Positions 58,201 to 64,000 of a DNA stretch of 64,000 bases are shown here, piece after piece. Origin of the DNA: a virus. Below the pieces are notes generated by a model. That model ran no database searches and had not been told where the DNA came from. It saw nothing but the letters and a program-made list of their open reading frames with translations. Position 1 is the first letter of the stretch. Each line of letters opens with the position of its first letter. The translations under genes were made by a program, and so were the position numbers. The stretch spans positions 64,001 to 128,000 of the IMG/VR virus record IMGVR_UViG_3300035698_018280. The stretch is one strand, 5' to 3'.

Positions 58201-58974
58201 AGGAGGATCAGTACCGTCAGTTAACTCAAAACCTGGTAATGTAAACATAATCTTGTTGTCTACAAGATCGTCTTCGCCAGCATTTAGAAAAGCATTATCT
58301 GCTCCGCTTTGACTGATATTTCTATCAGCGCGATAAAGCATTTTGCGTTTATCTCTGAATATCTTGATAAACACATTTTCTTCATCCTCGTATTTGAAGC
58401 CTTCAAATTCTGCCTCAATTTGCCCGTCGCTTGAAATTCTCCAACCTCGTTGAGTCGATCGACTATCAGCCCCTATTGATTCAAGCTCTTCATCTGTAAT
58501 AATAATTGGATCTCTTGATACAGAAAGAACCCCCAACGGATACTCTCTAAAAAACGTATGACTAGCAATCCCTTCGTTCGCAGTTGCCTCGTCAATCATC
58601 GACTGAGTAACAGTTATTACTCTATTGATACGAGTTTCTGATTCGCAAACATTGATAATAAAACGAGATGTTGTTGGCTCGATGTCACCTAGAAGACTAC
58701 ATCCGAGCGCTGCTCCGATTCTAAAACCAGCGCCGCCACCCAAACCTCCAAGGAGAAACCCACAGTTGCCGCCAGGGCAAAGATCATTCAGGCTAGTGCC
58801 TGTAACCCCTGATTGAATACTATACTGTAATTCAACAGTAATGCGACTTGAGGGCAATTGTTGGACTTCGCTACCAGAACGATCTTCATCAAGCTCATTG
58901 ATAAATCCATTTGGTACGAGGTCAATGTTGTTATACGCTAGAATACCCTGCGTAGAGCTTGAACATCTGCTCAC
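55249..58974 (-). CDS. tail-tip protein with Asp-box/BNR-like C-terminal region, 1241 aa
   Basis: Immediately follows the TMP; Asp-box SNDMGDTW (56278-56301) and SDSTGKGW; GTG start. Confidence 0.65.
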   Translation of the reverse strand: MSRCSSSTQGILAYNNIDLVPNGFINELDEDRSGSEVQQLPSSRITVELQYSIQSGVTGTSLNDLCPGGNCGFLLGGLGGGAGFRIGAALGCSLLGDIEPTTSRFIINVCESETRINRVITVTQSMIDEATANEGIASHTFFREYPLGVLSVSRDPIIITDEELESIGADSRSTQRGWRISSDGQIEAEFEGFKYEDEENVFIKIFRDKRKMLYRADRNISQSGADNAFLNAGEDDLVDNKIMFTLPGFELTDGTDPPPTGDDEILPLAVGDPLYISYVPATKRNIRHAIEIRSFFFLFPGFQVERISGERIRAWSFRPYTFKVKKSQGVSNFPDIEDQADINDWLNDVSVLSNPELTPEERKDKQRLELIEGQRIVECINDTQASVPYIRGIYFADTRGILSLDTTDILIPEELLIAADDIRDQVWWQNFIATFVENGPGFTDEGHLDTTDLVRANRKLRGFVFDVSDHVNSTCYDNDKYGYQRDLAIALQSVSPFNPDIEGTGVGVPNLDLERRGLPKRNNFDLSSAKFEPYRMSSIEGGAYFVRDCNKIFTYDQGFCTFGTLQADMFIRTPIFFEDLGRKTRVYVERFSPQLPLERDGGVWVTTRPTFGAGIACESHPLSHESFLVFNKDETLNFHRLKDWSSNIQKGKLAYDNSNADLNHSTQQLDTISQSDIDVIGFDKIIGNQPGYSKGLEITKESGKIALNIENAEDIYETFTSVGLGSTTFVQNEETGEVTINGLQGKKLKFIKLFFKVKSGFSSQPSRYVSFIFPSSRFIIDNITLPYFGGPVDQEQYVGIDCRYYFDDTIRISGDILKYTSVTKIEFTSIIEEKYEENRIDTGTPAICFSSAGESFVFYEDSSANVGIYGDQAESGGETLDSSMTEISCMISNDMGDTWFDHKGVVYTTGDETIRNPFAISDHLSNTIHLFYVLNDSLMHKTINPQLFRSEDAYKAWRRPAVYSKDTPANFGLSHFSIEGRQLRKKENDVIIGNLEDESGFLSQQLKIASDIRRENQDLSSSSMPKATRFAVSGDFKSFSEGFPLTDFIAFFDRKRAIRILYVENGKLFARVSDSTGKGWRDVFEDGVFFHRNIDVQEPRFIANLGFALDDENDRLNLSYIVDGMMFIRSFNATLFSEGQDIIHKKVDPDDDTTRPVFIVGSIPSEIQSSILSKTSQIVFPYVSDSLPLFDDTMSISQVAARGYVGASGLARMFYQDSNGDLRGFSYSTNEPLLDAKARIR

Positions 58975-58976
58975 AC

Positions 58977-61900
58977 TTAGGCTCCCTTATGGATATCTGA
59001 TATGACTTTTGTCATTGCGGCCTCAGCAACGCCCTTCATTGCGGCTGTCATTTCTTTGACAAGACCATCTTTGAGATTAGACATCTGTCTTTGACTAAGC
59101 TCAATCTGTATCTTCTGCGGGCCGCCTGATGCTGCACCTAACCCGTCAACAGTTCTATTGACGTTTCCTACAACGCCTCCCATTGCATCAATCACGCCCT
59201 GCCTTGTACCGTCTCGAACAGGAACAGTAATTGTTTTCATTGCGCCATTCTTGATTTCGCTCGTAAGACCGCTTGCTCCAAACGGAGTCCCTCCGGCTGC
59301 CGCCGCTGCCGTACTGGCATTCTGCCCAACAAGCTCTTGCCACAGGCTAAAACCGCGAGACATGCCGCCAACGCCGCCTTGGGCAAATGGATTCATGCCG
59401 CCGGATACTCCAAGAGGCATTCTTCTATCAATAGCCGCAGCCCATTCGTCGCTTCCTGCTCCAAACGCTCTACCAGCATTATCTGAATTTGTAAGCATAC
59501 CTGGCCCCAAAGCCGAGTATCTTACAGAACCTTCCTGCCCTCTACCTGCAAAACCTGTACGAAGCCCAACAACAGGATTCGGCGCATTAGACATCAATGT
59601 CCCGACTCTTGTATCCTGATCAATTTTTATTTTAGTGAACATGCCAACGCCATTATTCATAGCATTGATCGCTCCTACCCAACCGTCTCTAAGAACTCTT
59701 GTCATCTGAGCTTGCTTGTTGATATTTTGCAAAATATCAGTTTGCGTTTTATTACGATCAATTTCAAGCATATTCAATTTTGCCGCTTGGTCTCGTTGAC
59801 CCTGCAAAGAAGAATGCTCTTCAGCAGCTATTTTTGATATCTGATCGTTTATGAGAGTTATCTTGCCCCTTTGTTCTACAATAACATCGCCCAAAGCTCG
59901 AACAGACTGCATTCTCATTTCTGCAGAAGCAGCAACACCCATAGCAAAATTATCAGCTAACTGAATATGAGCCTCAAGAAGGCTTGATTCAGTTTGTTGT
60001 TTCTGTATTCGTGTATCAGAAAGAGCAGAAAAGCCAGTTTCAAGAGCTATTATTTCCTTAGATTTCGATAAAATCTGATCTTTTATAGACAGTATCGCTG
60101 TATCTGCCTCTAAGCTGCCCCGAACATCTGCTCCTGCATTTTCTAGAATATCTCGTCTAGCTTCTTCTGTAGGAGCATTCTCTAAATCAATTCTAAGTTT
60201 CGTCATTCTATTTCGCTGCTCTTCAGCAGTCATTTGTAGACCTGATAATTCGTAGTTTCGCTCTTGTATAGCCAGCGAATTTTCAAGTAATGAAACCTGC
60301 GATCTAATACTACCAGTCATTTGATTTAGCTGATCAACTGATTGAACATATGAACCAGAAAGACTGGCTCCACCCATTTTTATAATATCAAAAGTCGTAG
60401 AATAAATAGACATCTGAGATTGTAGCAACTTACTTCTTGATTCGACAATACTATTCAAAACAAGATTTTGCTGATGTAGTGCCAGAATTCTATTCGTGGC
60501 CTCTTCTTGTAGCTTTTTCTGCTTTTCAAGTTCTGCTGTCTTCTTCTCTTCTTCTTGTCTAGCTTTTTCTAGCTGTCCAAAATGGCCGCTGTCAGCAGCC
60601 GATGATCTTGTTGTTTCAAGCTTCTTTCTCGCTTCTTCAGCTTTCTTTTCTAGCTCCTTAATATCTCCACCGCCAGCGCCAACAAGTCTATACCAAAAAC
60701 CAGATTTAGCTTTAATAACATCCTCATCTAGTTTCATCATTTCTTGACGAGCAGTCTCTATTTCTACTTTCCACTTGCTTCCAGATTCCGTTGCAAGAGA
60801 CATGCTCTCTTTCATTAAAACATTAGTATGCTCAAGAACTTTGTCCATTTCTTTGACGACTTTTTGACCTTCAGCAAATACGTCATAAGATTCTTTGGCT
60901 CCGCCAGCAGCCGCGCCTATTCCTGCGCCAACAGCAGTTCCTATAACCGGAACAAAAGAGCCAATAGCAGCGCCAGCAAGAGCGCCTCCTACAACCGCTC
61001 CGACTCCTCGACCAGCCATACCAGCAGTAGTATTTTGTGCGCCTTTGCCAAATACAGCATCAGTACCCATCCCAACGCCGCCTGCGCCGAGATCGCCGCC
61101 AGCGGCACCCGCAAGGACGACTTGGCCTAGAGCTAATGTTCCGCCAAGAGCAAGCCCCCCTATGCCTGCTGCTCGACCGCCCATCGCCAACGCTCTACCG
61201 CCGCTGCCGAGGCCTCGACCGCCAGGAGCGCCGGGTGCGAGAAGACCGCCTCGGCCTGCTCCTTTAATTGCACCAATTCTTGCGCCTCGGCCTGCTCCTC
61301 TTCCAAGAGCCCTTCCGCCTGCTCCCCTTCCGCCTGCTCCCCTTCCGCCGCCCATACCTCCGCCAAAGCCAGGATTCATTACCCAAACCTTTTGGATACC
61401 GCCCATAGCTTCTACTGCTCGACCGGATCCGCCAGCGCCACGTCCTCGTCCCATACCTCCGAGTTTTCCAACCATGCCGACTTTGCTTATTGAAGTAACA
61501 AGCCTAAGCATATGTCCCAGATTCATAACAGCAGAACCAAGAATAGCTAGTCCGCCAAGAGCAGCAATCGTAGGAACAGCAACCTTAGAAATCGAAATAA
61601 TCAAATCTTTATGCTTGCCAAGCCATCCGCCAGCATCCGCTAGCCACGGTACAAGTTTTTCGCCTACTGCGATTTGTATATCATCAAACAGAATTTTTAC
61701 TTTTTGCTGAGCAAGTACAAGAGCGCGAGCTTTATCAGCAGCAGCTTCTTGTTCTTTGGTAAGTCCCTTAGCAAGACTTCTCATACCAGCAAGAGCAGCA
61801 GAAGCTTCTTTAAACTGATCAGTAGACATTCTCCCGGTTATAAGGGAAATATCTAGAGTTTTCTGATATTTTATAGCCGCCGCTGCTGCTGCTTCGGTTC

Positions 61901-62549
61901 CGCCTGCAAAATCGTTACGAGAAAACTTCTCAAACTCAGGAAATACTTGAGAAATCCCTTTGAGGGTTCCCATGTACTTTTGCATCTCAGTCGTATTTAC
62001 ACCAGTAATTTTAGCTATGTTACTAAACAAGCCCTCCATCTTAGAAAAATCAGGGCCGACAAGAGATGAAGCAAAAATCTTTCTTAGCTCAAGCGATTCG
62101 TTACGAGTAACGCTTATCGCTTTTCCAAAACTTATAACATCTTTACTGGTAGATGAAAAACTTTTTCCGTATATAAGGAACGTTCTATGACTCGCAAGAA
62201 GTTCTTTATTCCAATTTACGGTGTGTCTAATAGCTGCAACAAGACCTATATTGGCTCCAACTCCAAGAGTGGAACCAAACACGCCAATCGCATGAGTAGC
62301 AGCGCCAACAACGCCAGTAAAACCTCTAAAAGACTGAGTAGCTTGTCTTATGCTACTTGAGCCAGCGCCAGTAGTTTTAGCTACTTTTCTATTGGCATCA
62401 GCATATTTGCCCATCCCGCGAGTACCATCAGCAGCAACCTTCGCCGCTCTAGTGATAGCTTGCTTGAGATTTTGTATTTCGCGTCCAGCAGCGGCAGCGC
62501 CTTCAGACGTTGCACGGATTACTACATTTCTTACAATGGGATCTGACAT
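58977..62549 (-). CDS. tape measure protein, 1190 aa
   Basis: Ala/Gly-rich, long helical/coiled-coil character; IQIAVGEKLVPWL; GIQKVWVMN; GAAIGSFVPVIGTAVGAGIG hydrophobic segment; downstream of the chaperone genes. Confidence 0.85.
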   Translation of the reverse strand: MSDPIVRNVVIRATSEGAAAAGREIQNLKQAITRAAKVAADGTRGMGKYADANRKVAKTTGAGSSSIRQATQSFRGFTGVVGAATHAIGVFGSTLGVGANIGLVAAIRHTVNWNKELLASHRTFLIYGKSFSSTSKDVISFGKAISVTRNESLELRKIFASSLVGPDFSKMEGLFSNIAKITGVNTTEMQKYMGTLKGISQVFPEFEKFSRNDFAGGTEAAAAAAIKYQKTLDISLITGRMSTDQFKEASAALAGMRSLAKGLTKEQEAAADKARALVLAQQKVKILFDDIQIAVGEKLVPWLADAGGWLGKHKDLIISISKVAVPTIAALGGLAILGSAVMNLGHMLRLVTSISKVGMVGKLGGMGRGRGAGGSGRAVEAMGGIQKVWVMNPGFGGGMGGGRGAGGRGAGGRALGRGAGRGARIGAIKGAGRGGLLAPGAPGGRGLGSGGRALAMGGRAAGIGGLALGGTLALGQVVLAGAAGGDLGAGGVGMGTDAVFGKGAQNTTAGMAGRGVGAVVGGALAGAAIGSFVPVIGTAVGAGIGAAAGGAKESYDVFAEGQKVVKEMDKVLEHTNVLMKESMSLATESGSKWKVEIETARQEMMKLDEDVIKAKSGFWYRLVGAGGGDIKELEKKAEEARKKLETTRSSAADSGHFGQLEKARQEEEKKTAELEKQKKLQEEATNRILALHQQNLVLNSIVESRSKLLQSQMSIYSTTFDIIKMGGASLSGSYVQSVDQLNQMTGSIRSQVSLLENSLAIQERNYELSGLQMTAEEQRNRMTKLRIDLENAPTEEARRDILENAGADVRGSLEADTAILSIKDQILSKSKEIIALETGFSALSDTRIQKQQTESSLLEAHIQLADNFAMGVAASAEMRMQSVRALGDVIVEQRGKITLINDQISKIAAEEHSSLQGQRDQAAKLNMLEIDRNKTQTDILQNINKQAQMTRVLRDGWVGAINAMNNGVGMFTKIKIDQDTRVGTLMSNAPNPVVGLRTGFAGRGQEGSVRYSALGPGMLTNSDNAGRAFGAGSDEWAAAIDRRMPLGVSGGMNPFAQGGVGGMSRGFSLWQELVGQNASTAAAAAGGTPFGASGLTSEIKNGAMKTITVPVRDGTRQGVIDAMGGVVGNVNRTVDGLGAASGGPQKIQIELSQRQMSNLKDGLVKEMTAAMKGVAEAAMTKVISDIHKGA
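61311..61349 (-). repeat. 15-bp tandem repeat (about 2.6 copies) encoding GRGAG in the TMP
   Basis: Plus-strand unit ccttccgcctgctcc at 61311 and 61326, partial copy at 61341. Confidence 0.85.
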
Positions 62550-62605
62550 AAATTACCTGTATAGAATTAGACATATCTCATCAATTTGGATAAGATTGTT
62601 ACTAC

Positions 62606-62656
62606 TACAAGTATTTCGGCTATTTTAGGTTATAAACCTTTGCAGGTATTTCGGCT
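62606..62656 (-). promoter_or_regulatory. direct repeat AGCCGAAATAC x2 (35 bp apart) flanking an AGGTT-ATA-AACCT inverted repeat upstream of the TMP
   Basis: gtatttcggct at 62611-62621 and 62646-62656; palindrome at 62627-62639; the regulatory role is inferred. Confidence 0.45.
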
Positions 62657-62679
62657 TTTACCACATCAGAATCAGGACG

Positions 62680-62997
62680 TTACCCAGGGCCGTATATCGA
62701 AGTGGGAAAATTTGTCCAAAGGAAGATATTTTCTGCGATATAGGCTATGATGAAAAACAAACAAAACGCAGACTGGTTTCCAAATGAAATAAGACCAGCT
62801 ACGATGCCAGCAATACCAACTCCAACAATATACACAGGAAGTGTAAAAATCGTAGCAACCATAACTGCCATCAGTCCAAATTGCGTTTCTGGATTTGATG
62901 GATCAAGAACAAGGCCTAAAGCCCATATAAAATGACTGACCAAGCCTGCTAGACAGGCAAATATAAATAGAAAACCAAGAGTAGGTTCGTCATCCAT
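62680..62997 (-). CDS. small integral membrane protein (about 3 TM helices), moron-like
   Basis: Three hydrophobic stretches; AAGGA SD; the only gene in the window flanked by >100 bp of non-coding DNA on both sides. Confidence 0.75.
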   Translation of the reverse strand: MDDEPTLGFLFIFACLAGLVSHFIWALGLVLDPSNPETQFGLMAVMVATIFTLPVYIVGVGIAGIVAGLISFGNQSAFCLFFIIAYIAENIFLWTNFPTSIYGPG

Positions 62998-63034
62998 AGC
63001 AAATCATCCTTTACCACAGTTTTAGCGAGTCAAC

Positions 63035-63128
63035 CGTCAGTGGGAAATTGCTGAAATTAGTAGCTATCGAACATGTGAAATCGTTCGTCAGTGGGAAATG
63101 TGCAGGAAAATCATCCGTCAGTGGAAAT
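63035..63128 (-). repeat. three direct repeats ATTTCC(C)ACTGACG upstream of the membrane gene
   Basis: cgtcagtgggaaat at 63035-63048 and 63086-63099; cgtcagtggaaat at 63116-63128. Confidence 0.8.
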
Positions 63129-63170
63129 ACTGATACTTCACAGTAAAAATCACAGAATAACTACAGGTAT

Positions 63171-63608
63171 TTACTCAGGAGTATTTTCAGCATCTTCACC
63201 ATCGTCAATCCCCTCAAGAATTCCAAGTGCATTCTCAAGAGCCGTAGCGATGGTAAAAGCAACAACCGGATTTAGACTATCGATTTCGTCAGAACCAGTA
63301 ATAACAGCCTTATCGCTATCGTCCTTCAGATCCCATCTCTTCAACAGCCGCTTTACTCGACCCATCCTTACCTTTGCGATCCCAACGGCATACTCGCCGT
63401 CCTGTGTCAACGTCATGGCCTTATCAGCAAGTTCTGAAACATCTCGGTAGTTTGGTTCTCGGAAAGCGATGTTATACTCCGAATATTCAACGTCGTCAAT
63501 CCTTCCCTCTTCATCGATTGCGCCAACGAGTTCATCTTTATTGACGCCAATCCATATTTTAACTTTGATTTCATCTTTTGGGTTTACAAATAAGCTAGTT
63601 TTTGACAT
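63171..63608 (-). CDS. tail assembly chaperone-like protein (paralog), 145 aa
   Basis: FREPNYRD..LLKRWDLKDD..IDSLNP pattern; GGAGG SD; position upstream of the TMP. Confidence 0.65.
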   Translation of the reverse strand: MSKTSLFVNPKDEIKVKIWIGVNKDELVGAIDEEGRIDDVEYSEYNIAFREPNYRDVSELADKAMTLTQDGEYAVGIAKVRMGRVKRLLKRWDLKDDSDKAVITGSDEIDSLNPVVAFTIATALENALGILEGIDDGEDAENTPE

Positions 63609-63611
63609 CTA

Positions 63612-63866
63612 CTATCCTCCTGCTTTCGTCTTTAAGCTCTGCCTCATAGCGAGTTCTGTTGCTTTCTTCTCTTGAATCGACTTTTCTATACGTTGCTTGA
63701 CCATGCACATGCTTATATGGGCTTTGAACTTTGCAATTGGTATTTTATCGATGTATTCTATCGACCAACCATAATTTGTTGCCAAAATATGTTCTAATAC
63801 TTCAATGGGAATTTTTTCTTCATCGACGACTGCACCAGAATAAAAGTCTGCCGCAGCCTTTAGGAT
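63612..63866 (-). CDS. gpT-like -1 frameshift extension of the tail assembly chaperone (84 codons)
   Basis: Open -1 frame ILKAAADFYSG..ILATNYGWSIEYIDKIPIAKF..KAGG* begins at the slippery site and has no ATG near its 5' end. Confidence 0.8.
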   Translation of the reverse strand: MLKAAADFYSGAVVDEEKIPIEVLEHILATNYGWSIEYIDKIPIAKFKAHISMCMVKQRIEKSIQEKKATELAMRQSLKTKAGG

Positions 63867-64000
63867 TTTCCCTGCTCTTCCTCATCTAACTGCATAATGC
63901 CATCGTATCTACGAATTAGCTCATTTACGATGTTTGCTGGTAGAAGACCGACTGTCTTAGGATTAACAGGAATCGGAGCCCCTTTATCATCAACCATATC
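63860..64000 (-). CDS. tail assembly chaperone gpG-like, 3' end (5' part outside the window)
   Basis: Manual translation: DMVDDKGAPIPVNPKTVGLLPANIVNELIRRYDGIMQLDEEEQGKS*. Confidence 0.75.
   Translation of the reverse strand, partial: DMVDDKGAPIPVNPKTVGLLPANIVNELIRRYDGIMQLDEEEQGKS
63866..63872 (-). other. programmed -1 ribosomal frameshift heptamer G GGA AAA
   Basis: Minus strand reads CAG GGA AAA TCC TAA: an in-frame X XXY YYZ heptamer one codon before the stop, analogous to lambda G/T GGGAAAG. Confidence 0.8.

Noticed and set aside
8315..58974. Cellular S-layer/adhesin locus with a surface-polysaccharide cluster
   Set aside because: No signal peptides or sorting signals seen; the block follows a G/GT chaperone and tape measure gene and precedes phage-type helicase and phosphoesterase genes
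8315..58974. Diversity-generating retroelement or invertible tail-fibre cassette
   Set aside because: No reverse transcriptase or recombinase in the window, and no near-identical TR/VR or inverted repeat pair noticed (a self-dotplot would be decisive)
60895..61710. 271 aa Pro-rich plus-strand ORF
   Set aside because: Antisense shadow of the Gly/Ala-rich TMP segment: GGN codons read as Pro-rich on the opposite strand
63035..63128. Mini CRISPR array
   Set aside because: Repeats are only 13-14 bp with unequal spacers (37 and 16 bp), are not palindromic, and no cas genes are in the window
63606..63620. TAG read-through (alternative genetic code) fusing the T extension to the in-frame 145 aa gene
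   Set aside because: ORFs of up to 3264 codons contain no in-frame TAG, TAG ends other genes normally (4837, 51629), the stop is doubled, and a GGAGG SD precedes the next ATG
190..63675. Numerous short plus-strand ORFs and out-of-frame minus-strand ORFs in the track
   Set aside because: Nearly all lie within long coherent minus-strand genes and show no recognisable motifs
1..64000. tRNA, rRNA or intrinsic terminators
   Set aside because: Non-coding space is minimal; no cloverleaf or convincing GC hairpin plus U-tract was seen in the two larger gaps
51629..64000. Calling the tail contractile, or calling this an eCIS/tailocin
   Set aside because: No sheath, tube, gp25-like or baseplate-J-like gene is recognisable within the window, so tail type cannot be decided here

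Overview
This window is a 64 kb slice of a large (jumbo/huge-type) tailed dsDNA phage genome. All credible genes lie on the minus strand, are tightly packed (TAATG/ATGA couplings) and read cleanly in code 11. In transcription order (right to left): (1) a tail assembly chaperone with a lambda G/GT-style -1 slippery site (G GGA AAA, 63866-63872) whose extension is absent from the ORF track; (2) a second chaperone paralog; (3) a small membrane-protein moron flanked by short direct repeats; (4) a tape measure protein; (5) about 50 kb encoding eleven large, acidic tail-tip/baseplate-type proteins with no visible signal peptides (about 16,400 aa in total), built from FN3, Ig, LamG, vWA, Kelch and other propellers, DUF642-like, laminin-B-like and GH56 hyaluronidase-like modules, often nested inside one another; (6) a glyco-modification set (GT2, GT4, sulfotransferase, GT2, plus a further GT4 inside the structural block); (7) a Myb/HTH-fused metallophosphoesterase, small hypotheticals and a UvsW-like SF2 helicase. 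The best candidate for an undescribed system is a giant glycan-recognising tail-tip apparatus, possibly itself glycosylated or sulfated. Its notable parts are a catalytically altered GH56 domain, a vWA domain split by about 2,000 residues and a recurring DPY motif. All family assignments come from motif recognition by eye; no database search was run.
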